64,000 nt of DNA from Candidatus Bathyarchaeia archaeon (lineage in GTDB: Archaea; Thermoproteota; Bathyarchaeia; Bathyarchaeales; Bathycorpusculaceae): positions 689-64,688 of the forward strand of contig JBEKBM010000015.1 in NCBI GenBank assembly GCA_050015395.1, in the 5' to 3' direction. The notes beneath the pieces were generated by a model. The model saw only the letters and a program-made list of their open reading frames with translations. It was not told the origin of the DNA and searched no databases. The translations under genes were made by a program, and so were the position numbers. Every line of letters starts with the position of its first letter. Within the stretch, counting starts at the first letter, position 1. This document shows, in pieces, positions 34,776 to 44,430 of this stretch.

Positions 34776-35699
34776 TTGAAAAAGGCGTACTGGATGAAGC
34801 TTGGCACATATACGTTTCAACCTGAAAAGGCGCAAGGATTTGATTTCCATGTTTTACGTGTTAAAACAGAAACTGGCATAAGGATTCCGCCCGTGCAGGA
34901 TATGTATAGTAATGTTGCCGTTTTCGCAGACAACATTGCCGTCCGCAATCATCCAGATTGGATATCTCAGTCACCGCTGGGACTGGCGAAAATGGGGAAT
35001 AACAACTTCAACATTTACTGGGACGTTGTATGCGCCACTCAGCCGGAGCATAGGGCTGAACAATTAAACTACCTAGCAGACGTCGATAGGCACTCACCTG
35101 GTGTGTGGTTAAACAGCCAATATTTTGCGGATCAGGGACACTGCGTTTGCCCACGCTGCGACATGCTTTGGAAGAAAAGTGGTTTAAGCTGGCTTGAATG
35201 GCGCAGAAATGAAGTTACCGAGTACATTGCTCAAATCCGAGAAAAAGTCAAGAAAGAACTAGTTTTATGTATTCAACCTGACCCTGTAAGCTCTTTTGAG
35301 CGTTACGGCGTAGACTTCGATGACCTTGCAAAGTACGCTGACGCCTTCAACGTTGTAATGTTCAGCAAAAACTATGCCACGCCGTGGTATTGGGAAATGC
35401 TTGCACGCGCCTTCAAAAAGCTGCTGAAAAAGCCATTTTACATTAGCTTTTACGTTTTGGGTCCAGGCGACAACCCTAAAGACGTACCATCCGCCTCAGA
35501 GTTGCTTACTGTGAGTGTTCGCTGTGCAAGAGCAGGCGCCGATGGGTTCCTATACCTAACTGATAACGCCAGCCAAATTCGATCTTTCCAGAAAGCAGCA
35601 GTTGAGATGGTTGAGCTTAGAGAAAAGCTAAGGAGTTATGGCGGCCAGCCAGTGCAAGAATTTTTGGATTTTGTTGAAAGCTGGGAAAAAATTATTTAG
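34776..35699 (+). CDS. hypothetical protein, possibly a glycoside-hydrolase-like TIM-barrel protein
   Basis: 307-aa ORF. HCVCPRCDMLWKKSGLSWLEWRRNEVTEYIAQI resembles the CxCxxC...W..WR..hhT block of GHL-type putative glycosidases. A weak call. Confidence 0.5.
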   Translation: MKKAYWMKLGTYTFQPEKAQGFDFHVLRVKTETGIRIPPVQDMYSNVAVFADNIAVRNHPDWISQSPLGLAKMGNNNFNIYWDVVCATQPEHRAEQLNYLADVDRHSPGVWLNSQYFADQGHCVCPRCDMLWKKSGLSWLEWRRNEVTEYIAQIREKVKKELVLCIQPDPVSSFERYGVDFDDLAKYADAFNVVMFSKNYATPWYWEMLARAFKKLLKKPFYISFYVLGPGDNPKDVPSASELLTVSVRCARAGADGFLYLTDNASQIRSFQKAAVEMVELREKLRSYGGQPVQEFLDFVESWEKII

Positions 35700-35825
35700 G
35701 TTTTTAACGTTAAATCTCTTTAACTAACTTATTTGCTTCGAGGTCATGTTATTTTTGATTCTTAAAGCCGTTACGTTTTTATCGACTCAGCCTTAAGTCT
35801 ATGATGCGTCTGGAGCAGTGCTAGT

Positions 35826-36413
35826 TTGGATTTCATCACAGATTTAACTAGAGCCACTATGGCTCTATTCATCATAGTTGACCCTTTCGGTAATATTCCC
35901 ATTTTTATGGGGTTAACCGAAAAGATTCCAGATGCCCAGAGAAAGAAAGTGTATAACACCGCAACGCTCGTCGGCTTTGCTTTGCTTCTTGTTTTCGCAT
36001 TTACAGGTCAAGAAATCTTTTCGCTTTTTGGGTTATCGATTTACAGTTTCGAGGTTGCCGGAGGTATTCTACTACTAATTATTGCAATTAGAATTTTGAT
36101 TACAGGCAGCATGCATGAGAACGTTGAATCTCCGGAAAGCTTAGGTGCTGTTCCCATTGCGATGCCTCTTCTCGTGGGTCCGGGAGCCATCACCACAACC
36201 ATATTTACCCTTCAAACTTACGGTACAATTCTAGCGATTCTGGCAGTTTTGATTGTGTTATCCTTAACATGGATCATTCTCAGGTTCATAAACGGCATTT
36301 ACAAGGTTTTAGGCAAAACAGGCTCCTTAGTTATAGCAAGAGTCATGGCGTTACTTATTGCTGCCATCGCAATCCAATACATTTTAACTGGCGTAACTCA
36401 TTTTGTAATTTAA
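35826..36413 (+). CDS. marC: MarC-family (UPF0056) integral membrane protein
   Basis: LFIIVDPFGNIPIFMGLT and PIAMPLLVGPGAITT are MarC family hallmarks. Six helices. Confidence 0.8.
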   Translation: MDFITDLTRATMALFIIVDPFGNIPIFMGLTEKIPDAQRKKVYNTATLVGFALLLVFAFTGQEIFSLFGLSIYSFEVAGGILLLIIAIRILITGSMHENVESPESLGAVPIAMPLLVGPGAITTTIFTLQTYGTILAILAVLIVLSLTWIILRFINGIYKVLGKTGSLVIARVMALLIAAIAIQYILTGVTHFVI

Positions 36414-36510
36414 CCAAAGCTATGTTATGGTTTGGGAAATATGGTTTATATACTTCTAGGTTTTTTCTTGTTTAAAAAGGGAGGGGGCTTCGACGCTTGA
36501 GTTTCGAAAA

Positions 36511-37722
36511 ATGAACCGCCACAAGCAGTTCTTCATGTTTTTAGCAGTATTCCTAATTGTCGGATTATTCTGTGTCCAAATGGCAGCCGCAGCAACAGAT
36601 GGCTGGGTAGAGTACCCAACAAATCCCGTTTTTGCTCCAGGTAAGGCGTACTATCCAAGCGTGCTTTACGATGCAAACAAGTTCAGCGGCCACGGCGATT
36701 CGTATTACTACAAGATGTGGTACTACACAGGGAGCCCATCCATAAGGCTCGCCTATTCAAACGACGGTATAAATTGGGTTAACGAAGGTGGAGACTTGGG
36801 CGTGCTTACCAACGCGGCTCATCCAGTCGTGCTTTATGATGCTGGCGGCTTTGGAGGAAGCGGATACTACTACAAGATTTGGTACTGGGACGGAACGCAA
36901 GAGGGACCAGGCGCGATACGATATGCGGAATCCACCGATGGCATCCACTGGACGAATGATCAAGCGATTGGACAGGACTCATCGGCTCCTCTTGTGACTG
37001 GTCTGGATAGCGATTACGGTACATGGTTCTATCATTCATACGGTCCTGGAGCAGTCTTATACAACCCGAGCGGTTACACGTCTCCCAACACGGCTGATCC
37101 GATGGGCAACAAGTATGTCATGTACTATGACGCCGCAAGTGAATCCGCTACTACGGTCGACAAGGAAACCATTGAAAATACAGCACTTGCGATTTCGGCT
37201 GATGGCATAACCTGGACAAGATACGGATCTGAACCGGTTTTTGAGGCCAGTGGAGGTTCCCTCACAGGTTCTTGGGACAGCCGTTATGCTTATGTTTGGA
37301 CTGTACTGAAAATCGATGGACAGTACCAAATGTGGTACAGTGGAGGTCAAGGGGGCTCCAATGCTGGCATGGGGTACGCGGAGTCCACGGACGGCATAAC
37401 GTGGACAAAGCAAGTTGACCCCGTAATGTCCGTCAGTGACGGCATAGCATGGCGGTCAGACCGAACCTACACCCCGCTTGTACTCTACGATGAAAACCAG
37501 TTTGGCGGTCACGGAGACACAGCATACTACAAGATGTGGTACACAGGCGTAGACGTAACAGACTCTTACTACGCCGTTGGCTACGCATGCATCCCAACCT
37601 CATCAGCCACGCCAGAATATCCCCTCGGAGACTTCGCTGGTCTGCTTGGATGCTTGGTTGCCTTAGTCGTATTTAAAAGCCTCAAAAGCCCGCGCTCTTT
37701 GCAGTCACGACTGAAGACTTGA
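36511..37722 (+). CDS. secreted five-bladed beta-propeller (GH43/GH130-fold-like) protein with C-terminal TM sorting-type anchor
   Basis: Signal peptide FLAVFLIVGLFCVQMAAAA. Five spaced repeats ending in YYYKMWY / YYYKIWY / KYVMYY / QYQMWY / AYYKMWY. The C-terminus is TPEYPLGDFAGLLGCLVALVVFKSLKSPR. Confidence 0.7.
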   Translation: MNRHKQFFMFLAVFLIVGLFCVQMAAAATDGWVEYPTNPVFAPGKAYYPSVLYDANKFSGHGDSYYYKMWYYTGSPSIRLAYSNDGINWVNEGGDLGVLTNAAHPVVLYDAGGFGGSGYYYKIWYWDGTQEGPGAIRYAESTDGIHWTNDQAIGQDSSAPLVTGLDSDYGTWFYHSYGPGAVLYNPSGYTSPNTADPMGNKYVMYYDAASESATTVDKETIENTALAISADGITWTRYGSEPVFEASGGSLTGSWDSRYAYVWTVLKIDGQYQMWYSGGQGGSNAGMGYAESTDGITWTKQVDPVMSVSDGIAWRSDRTYTPLVLYDENQFGGHGDTAYYKMWYTGVDVTDSYYAVGYACIPTSSATPEYPLGDFAGLLGCLVALVVFKSLKSPRSLQSRLKT

Positions 37723-38648
37723 ATGAAAACTTGAAAGCATTTTCTCTTTTTCTTTTGCAATGCTTTGAAACGTCACCCAAAAGCAGAAAGCGGACTTAAA
37801 ACCATTTTGCACCATTTTAGGAACACGCATAGGCGGGAGAAGACAAAGGCTTCAATCCTGCTTTCGAGGAGAAAGGGAAAGGGTATTTTTTGCACTTTTT
37901 AAGTCTCGTTGTCTTGTTGAGGCTTCGTTCTGGTTGTTTGTTTTTGGTTTTCAGCTACTCTAGTATTAGTGCTTGAAGCAGTTGGGTTTGCTTGATCGTA
38001 CTATTTTTTTTGCGGATCAGAATCTGGAATGGTGAATGGTACGCTTTTTTTGGGCTGAAGGTTGTTTCCTGTTCGGTTCCATCCATACTCTACGTTGTGT
38101 TTAAGCAAAACGCTTAAAAGACGTCGCAATGAGAAATGGTGGTTATGCTTGTCTGGGGATGATAGTAGCGGCTTAAAGTCCAGTTAGAGTTCCCTCTGCT
38201 TCAGGTCCACTTCCTTCAGGAAGGGATATGATAGAGTTGGCTCTAACTGTTGCTTTGTTTCTGGAACAGCTTATCTGGTTTGAGTTGTTTGTGGGACTTT
38301 GTCGGGTAATAGTCTTGGTCGCGTAAAGCATTATGCAGCTATTTTGACGCTGCAAATTTTGGCCTGCTCCAATTGAGTTGGTTGATAGAATCTGCGTTTA
38401 TGTGCTTGTGTGTGTTTAACGATATGAAGCTAAAGTTATACCGCCTAGGCCTTTGGTTTCTGGAAAGAAGAAAAATAGTTCATCATCAACAACAAGCTAC
38501 CTCTAAGTTGTTTAGGGAAAAAGAAAAGAACATACTAAACAACCTGAAAGAAAAATACATAACTTAATACGCACATGTGCTTAAATTTATAAGGCTTGAA
38601 AGTTAACTTTCCGCTTATTCGAGGGAGAAAGGGGAATTGGAAAATCGG

Positions 38649-39119
38649 ATGCGACCTAGAAGGATAATTGCAGTATTAATTTGCTTTATTATATTTGCTT
38701 AGACGGTTAGTCTTGTTTATGCACAGGCTGCCTCTTTATGGACTTCGTACGATAATAACCCGAACGATCATCAAAATACGTTTGCTCCGGGTCAAACAGT
38801 TTATATATTTTGGAGCCCAAACGGATCCAGCCAAGATATTCGCATATATGATGTTAATAATGATCTGCTAAAAGATTTTGGAATAGTTAGCAGCCAACCT
38901 GCAGAGTGGCAAATACCTAATGACGCTGTCGCAGGGACGGTATATTGGATTATTATTCCTGGAGTTTCCGTACCATACCCAATTGCAGTATCAACAATTT
39001 ATGTTACGCCGGAAAGCAGCTGAGGAACCTTAACTGTAACGGCTGCAGGATTTGCGGCGTTTGGTGCATTTGGCATATTCAAAATAAGCCGCAAAAAGCA
39101 AGACAAGGAAATAGAATAG
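38649..39119 (+). pseudogene. small secreted protein with C-terminal PEx-TM-basic anchor, interrupted by two in-frame stops
   Basis: Own codon-by-codon translation in one frame: MRPRRIIAVLICFIIFA, TAG at 38700, TVSLVYAQAASLWTSYDNNPNDHQNTFAPGQTVYIFWSPNGSSQDIRIYDVNNDLLKDFGIVSSQPAEWQIPNDAVAGTVYWIIIPGVSVPYPIAVSTIYVTPESS, TGA at 39021, GTLTVTAAGFAAFGAFGIFKISRKKQDKEIE, then stop. No frameshift is needed. Confidence 0.55.
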
Positions 39120-39315
39120 CCAAATAAAGAGTGTTCAGTTAATGCGACGTGCATATTCTTTATGCTTTTAGTTTTCCTTTTGGAGAGACTTTTTGGTTCC
39201 ACTGCGTCTTTCTTTGTTTGTCTTACTATTCTGTTATAATACGAAATTAGTAATATTAAAAACTCGTAATAATGGATATATTAATACTCGCTACAGTTGT
39301 TCTTTGGCGAACAAA

Positions 39316-40176
39316 ATGAGCAAAGAACACACCGCAAAACAGTCCGTAATAATGATTGACAAGAAAGCAAGCACTTGCACTTGTGAACAAGAAAGCGTTA
39401 TTTGTCTTCAGCCCATTAATGGAGCTTTAGCCTCTTTGCCCGAGCAATCTGAAACCCCTGACGTAAGCGTCATAATACCAGCCTACTGCGAAGAAGAGAC
39501 TATAGCAGAGGTTTTACAAAGGGTAATTAAAGTTAGTTGGTCTTTAGGCAACGTAGAAATCATTGTTGTTGACGACGGATCAGCGGACCGTACTAGTGAA
39601 ATAGTTGCAGCGTTTCCATTTGTTAAATGCATCCGGCATAAATATAATCTGGGTAAAGGCGCGGCGATACGCACTGGCATCAAAAATGCGCGTGGCAAGG
39701 TACTTGTAATTCAGGACGCAGACTTAGAGTACGCGCCTGAGTATATTCCTTCGTTAGTAAAGCCCATCTTGGATAATTCATCAGATATTGTTTACGGTTC
39801 AAGATTTAAAGGCGACCCCGATGGGATGAGCTTTTCTCATTTTGTCGGAAACTCAATATTGTCGTTAGTTGCCCAATTTCTGTATCGCGTACAGATCACA
39901 GACATAATGACTGGGCAAAAAGCGTTCAAACGATCTGTTTTGGATTCCGTTGAGTTAGAAGAAAATGGCTTTGCAGTTGAGGTAGAAATGACCTGCTTGG
40001 GTTTCAACGGTGGTGATCGAAGATTTACGGAAATTCCTATTCCCTATTCTTACAGACGTAATGGCGTTTCTAAGATAGCAAATATTGACGGCTTTAGGAG
40101 TCTTGTTAAATTGTTAAAAATTTTCATAAGAGCAAGCGCTTTAAGCGAGACAAAACCTGCTGAACCTCAACCTTAG
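39316..40176 (+). CDS. family 2 glycosyltransferase, dolichyl-phosphate hexose synthase-like
   Basis: VSVIIPAYCEEETI, IIVVDDGSADRT, VIQDADLEY and GSRF are GT2 (DPM1-like) motifs. ATG at 39316; the track start at 39193 is probably too far upstream. Confidence 0.8.
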   Translation: MSKEHTAKQSVIMIDKKASTCTCEQESVICLQPINGALASLPEQSETPDVSVIIPAYCEEETIAEVLQRVIKVSWSLGNVEIIVVDDGSADRTSEIVAAFPFVKCIRHKYNLGKGAAIRTGIKNARGKVLVIQDADLEYAPEYIPSLVKPILDNSSDIVYGSRFKGDPDGMSFSHFVGNSILSLVAQFLYRVQITDIMTGQKAFKRSVLDSVELEENGFAVEVEMTCLGFNGGDRRFTEIPIPYSYRRNGVSKIANIDGFRSLVKLLKIFIRASALSETKPAEPQP

Positions 40177-40292
40177 CACAGAGACAAATGCCTATTGTTC
40201 TTGGCAAGCTGTGCCCCTCATCCCATCTAATGAGAAAATCGTCAAGTTTGCGTTCTTTAGTGTGCGTGCGTAGGCGGTGAGGTAGGGGTCGT

Positions 40293-40331
40293 TTTTGTTT
40301 ATACGGTTTGTTTATACAATTTGTTTATACA
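40293..40331. repeat. 3 x 13-bp direct repeat (tttgtttatacNN)
   Basis: tttgtttatac at 40293, 40306 and 40319, about 145-180 bp upstream of the GT4 gene at 40474. Confidence 0.85.
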
Positions 40332-40473
40332 GTTAGCGAGTGTTTTTTGGTTAGTGTTTGCAATAGGCTCCTAAAATTACATTTCAAAGGTTAAACGTAG
40401 CTGTTGTGTTCAAAGGTAATTTCCTATAGTTCTAATTTTGTTTTGTAGAGATTGAACGTTTTGAGGTTTTGCT

Positions 40474-41643
40474 GTGAATCTGTGTTTTACAAGTCACCGT
40501 TACGCCCCTCAAGTTGGTGGTTACGAGAACCAAATAAAACTGCTCGCTGAGAGCCTCAGCAAATTCTTTCCTGTCAAAGTGGTGACTTTCAACTTAACCA
40601 ACAGTCCCGCTGCAGAGTCGATTAACAATGTTGAAGTTTACCGCGTGACGCCTCAGCTGGTCTTTTTTCGTGTCCCGTTTTCCGTAACTTACCTCAAAAA
40701 ACTCGGCGACATGGATTTTGATATATTGCATGCTCATGGTTTCGTGCCTGTCGTCTCTGACCTCAGCGTCGTCTACGCAAAATCAAAAAATAAAACTGCC
40801 GTTTACACTCACCACTTCGACGGCAACGTCCAAGACGCCAAAGCATGGAATATCCTCGCTGAAACTTACAACAAAACCGTTGCCCGCTTCAGCTTCCAGT
40901 TCGCAGACGCTCTCATTGCAACAACCAAAAGCTATGCTGAAACATCCTCCGCCCTAAAGTCACATCTTGATAAAGTGCGCGTCATTCCTTGCTTTGTGGA
41001 CTGCAACCGCTTCAAGCCCCAGTCTCCTTCGCAGGTGGAGAAGTTAAGGCGGCAGCTTGGGTTAGACGGAAAAAAGACGGTGCTTTTCGTGGGCAGAATC
41101 GTGCCCTACAAGGGCTTAGAGTATTTGATTAAGGCACTGGAGCACGCGAAGAATGAGCAGGGCGAAGAACTTAACCTGCTACTGGTAGGCGGCGAAGAAG
41201 GAAAAAACATAACCGACAAATCAGAATACTACCAACAAATCCTTCAACTCGCAGAGAAAAGCAGTGTCCGTGAGAACATTCACTTCTTGGGTAGAGTCGA
41301 AAACAGCCAACTAGCCACATACTACAGCCTCGCTGACGTTATCGCGCTTCCCTCCATCATGCGCGGAGAAGCCTTCGGCAGTGTCCTTCTCGAAGCCTTG
41401 GCATGCGGAACACCAGTAGTTGCTTCAAGCATACCTGGCGTAAAGGATGTACTAAAGGGTAATGACTCAGTTGGCAGCTATGTTCTTCCGAAAGACAGCC
41501 TCGCCTTGTCCGAAACATTAGTAAAAAACGCCCACCGGAAAAAAGATGTAACTGAACGTTGCAAGCAATTCGCCTTTGACAATTATCGTGTAGAAAAAAT
41601 CGTGAAGGATTATGTTGAACTTTACTCTTCGCTGATCTCTTGA
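40474..41643 (+). CDS. family 4 glycosyltransferase
   Basis: GT4 C-terminal signature EAFGSVLLEALACGTPVVASSIPG plus an FVGRIVPYKGL block. Confidence 0.85.
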   Translation: MNLCFTSHRYAPQVGGYENQIKLLAESLSKFFPVKVVTFNLTNSPAAESINNVEVYRVTPQLVFFRVPFSVTYLKKLGDMDFDILHAHGFVPVVSDLSVVYAKSKNKTAVYTHHFDGNVQDAKAWNILAETYNKTVARFSFQFADALIATTKSYAETSSALKSHLDKVRVIPCFVDCNRFKPQSPSQVEKLRRQLGLDGKKTVLFVGRIVPYKGLEYLIKALEHAKNEQGEELNLLLVGGEEGKNITDKSEYYQQILQLAEKSSVRENIHFLGRVENSQLATYYSLADVIALPSIMRGEAFGSVLLEALACGTPVVASSIPGVKDVLKGNDSVGSYVLPKDSLALSETLVKNAHRKKDVTERCKQFAFDNYRVEKIVKDYVELYSSLIS

Positions 41644-41712
41644 TTGCGGTTGCTTGTGTTATCGATTGCTGATTGTTAACTTTAAATAACAGTTGTTAAC
41701 TATTATTAACAT

Positions 41713-42240
41713 ATGTTAATTAAAGATAACAATTACAAGGTTATGAAGTTATTTTTTGATAACCCTGATGGGAAATTTCACATCAGAGAAATAGCTCGGC
41801 AAACCAACTTATCAGCGCCCGGCGTCCTTAAAATATTAAAGAAACTCAAAAAAGAAACTCTCTTAGTATCAGAAAAAGAAAACGTTGTTGAGAACGTCAA
41901 GGCTTCAAGAAATGAAAAATTCTTTTTGCTTAAAAAATGTTACAATTTTCTTTCATTTTATGAGTCAGGTTTACTTGACTTTCTCAAAGATAAGTATGAA
42001 GAACCAGAGGCAATAGTTGTTTTTGGAAGCTATTCGGATGGCGAAGATACTTCTGAGAGCGATATAGATGTTGCAATTGTAACGAAGAAGTCAGTTGAGT
42101 TAGATCTTAAGCTGTTTGAAAGTTTACTAAAAAGGAAAATAAACGTATTAGAAATTCAAATAGGTGAAAGCGGGAAGGAATTTTTGAACAACTTAGCAAA
42201 TGGAACTGTGGTATCCGGCTTTTTGAGGGTGCTGCAATGA
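41713..42240 (+). CDS. minimal nucleotidyltransferase (MNT) with N-terminal wHTH, antitoxin-type partner of HEPN
   Basis: VVFGSYSDGEDTSESDIDVAIV NTase signature. It overlaps the downstream HEPN ORF by 4 nt. Confidence 0.8.
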   Translation: MLIKDNNYKVMKLFFDNPDGKFHIREIARQTNLSAPGVLKILKKLKKETLLVSEKENVVENVKASRNEKFFLLKKCYNFLSFYESGLLDFLKDKYEEPEAIVVFGSYSDGEDTSESDIDVAIVTKKSVELDLKLFESLLKRKINVLEIQIGESGKEFLNNLANGTVVSGFLRVLQ

Positions 42241-42668
42241 TTGAACGTTTTCAGTACTATTTAGATGCAAAGTTGGTTAGAAAAGAGAAAGTTGATAAAG
42301 AAGAAGCTAAATCCTTGATGAAAAAAGCTGTGTATCGCTTGAATTATGTCAAGAAACAGGAGATAAATGAGGATACAGCGTCTTTTATTTTTGAAGATGT
42401 ATACGAGAGTCTTAGGGAAGCTTCTCAATCTTTAATGTCCTTGAAGGGTTATAAGCCATACTCTCATGAAGCTTTGATTTCGTTTCTAAAAGAGTTTTAT
42501 AATTTTTCAGCGTCAGAAATCTCGACTTTTGATCGTTTTAGAGCTTTGAGAAACAAGACTGTTTACTGTGCGGTTTTTGTTTCCGTGGAAGTTTGTCAAG
42601 AAGCTTTGGATTTTTTGGAAGATTTCTTGCCTAAATTAAGAAGAGAATTTGAAAGTTCCAATGTTTAA
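42237..42668 (+). CDS. HEPN-domain protein (toxin-type partner of MNT)
   Basis: All-helical, 143 aa. FDRFRALRNKTVY corresponds to the R-x4-6-H/Y HEPN motif region. Classic MNT-HEPN gene order with a 4-nt overlap. Confidence 0.7.
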   Translation: MIERFQYYLDAKLVRKEKVDKEEAKSLMKKAVYRLNYVKKQEINEDTASFIFEDVYESLREASQSLMSLKGYKPYSHEALISFLKEFYNFSASEISTFDRFRALRNKTVYCAVFVSVEVCQEALDFLEDFLPKLRREFESSNV

Positions 42669-43124
42669 CTACCACGAAGAAGGAAGAAACATAACGGACA
42701 AACCAGAATATTACCAACGAATCGTGCAACTCGCACAGAAAAGCGGTATCCGAGAAAATATCCACTTCTTAGGCAGGCGAGAAGAAAGCCAGCTAGCCAC
42801 TTACTACAGCTTGGCCGATGTTGTTGCGCTTTCCTCCGTTATGCGTGGTGAAGCCTTCGGCAGCGTTCTCCTCGAGGCTTTGGCTTGCGGGACACCGTAG
42901 TTGCTTCAAGCATACCAGGCGTGCAGGACGCCCTAAAAGGCAACGACTCCGTAGGCAGCTACGTTCCACCAAAAGACAGCCTAGCGCTATCCGAAGCCTT
43001 AGTCAAAATCGCCTATGTGAAAAAAGACGTAGCTGAACGCTGCAGGCAATTTGCGTTTGACAATTATCGCATAGAAAGGATTGTGAATAATTATGTTGAA
43101 CTTTACTCGTCGCTAAACTCTTGA
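42668..43124 (+). pseudogene. 3' fragment of a GT4 gene (paralogue of the 3' third of 40474..41643), frameshifted
   Basis: EGRNITDKPEYYQRIVQLAQKSGIRENIHFLGRREESQLATYYSLADVVALSSVMRGEAFGSVLLEALACGTP, a stop caused by a 1-nt deletion, then VVASSIPGVQDALKGNDSVGSYVPPKD...VELYSSLNS. This is collinear with residues ~243-389 of the intact gene. No 5' two-thirds is present. Confidence 0.85.
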
Positions 43125-43170
43125 TTATCCACTATGCGTTGTTTGTTTGGCTCAAAATTTGGTGTCTTTG

Positions 43171-44328
43171 ATGAAGATTTTTCAGGTTGTGCCTTACTAT
43201 CCTCCTCACGTAGGCGGCATGGAGTTTTATGTGCAGAGTCTTTCGGAAGAGTTAGCTGCGCGGGGTCACGACGTTACCGTATTTACTTCATCCAACATGG
43301 CTTCTCCGTCTGTGGGCAAGGTTAACGGCGTCAAAGTATGTTCGTTAAAAACGATGACTAAAGTTTACAATGTGCCCATAGTGCCTTCCCTTTTTTGGAG
43401 ACTACTGGACGAAGAAAAACCAGACATAATACATGCCCACCAGTATCCAGTCTTTTTCTCCGACGTGTCCGTCGCAGTATCTTGCTTAAGACATATCCCG
43501 CTACTGTTGCATGTTCACGTAGTATCTGAGGCCAAATCCGTCATGTCAGGGTTCGTTTCCGACCTGTATTATTCAACCCTTGGGCTACGCACACTCCAAA
43601 CTGCAGACGCCGTGGTTGTTCCAAGTTTAGCGTACAAATCAAAACTCCTCAAAATGCACGTTAAACCTGACAAGATACAAGTCATCCCCTACGGCATCGA
43701 CACGAAAAAATTCCACGCCAAAACCGAAGGCGAAGAATTCAAAACCCGCTACCATTGCCAAGGGTCAAAAGTCATCCTGTCAGTAGGGCGATTAAACTAC
43801 CAAAAAGGCTTCCAATACCTTATCAGAGCCATGCCGGCTGTGCTGAAGCAGATCCCAAACGTGAAACTCATAATAGTCGGCGAAGGCGAACAGCTCGCTT
43901 ACCTCAATAAGCTTTCAAAATCGCTTGGAGTAAGCGAATCGGTCATTTTCACAGGCGCCATAGGTCCAGCGGAGATTCCTAACGCGTATTCTGCGGCTGA
44001 CGTTTTTGTTTTGCCTTCGTTTTTTGAATCATTCGGCATAACATTAATTGAGGCGCAAGCCGCAGGGAAACCCGTTATTGGCACGCGAGTCGGAGGGGTA
44101 CCTGAAGCCTTAGTTGACGGCGAAACCGGTTTTCTCGTAGAGCCAGGCGACCCCAAGCAGCTTGAGATAGCAATTATACGAATTTTATCAAATAAGGACT
44201 TAGCGCTGAAAATGGGTGGAAAAGGGAAAAAGTTTGTTGAAGCACGATTCGACATTCAAAGTGTAGTAAGCTACATTGTTAACGCTTATGAAAAATTAAG
44301 CGATTCAACGATAGATAGAATAGATTGA
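43171..44328 (+). CDS. family 4 glycosyltransferase
   Basis: MKIFQVVPYYPPHVGGME N-terminus and ESFGITLIEAQAAGKPVIGTRVGGVPE C-terminal signature. Confidence 0.85.
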   Translation: MKIFQVVPYYPPHVGGMEFYVQSLSEELAARGHDVTVFTSSNMASPSVGKVNGVKVCSLKTMTKVYNVPIVPSLFWRLLDEEKPDIIHAHQYPVFFSDVSVAVSCLRHIPLLLHVHVVSEAKSVMSGFVSDLYYSTLGLRTLQTADAVVVPSLAYKSKLLKMHVKPDKIQVIPYGIDTKKFHAKTEGEEFKTRYHCQGSKVILSVGRLNYQKGFQYLIRAMPAVLKQIPNVKLIIVGEGEQLAYLNKLSKSLGVSESVIFTGAIGPAEIPNAYSAADVFVLPSFFESFGITLIEAQAAGKPVIGTRVGGVPEALVDGETGFLVEPGDPKQLEIAIIRILSNKDLALKMGGKGKKFVEARFDIQSVVSYIVNAYEKLSDSTIDRID

Positions 44329-44430
44329 TCAATTTAGCGCGTAAAGCCATTATTTATTGAATGCGAGAAAAATGGTGGCGGCTTTTATTAATCAAGATTG
44401 GCAATGTTGGATTAGTGCCAAGCTCAGGAA

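Noticed and set aside
37723-38648. ~0.9-kb stretch without a credible ORF, considered for an ncRNA or a fully decayed gene
   Set aside because: I saw no conserved RNA motif, no long stem structures and no recognisable protein fragment in any frame. I cannot support a feature without covariance-model or homology searches.
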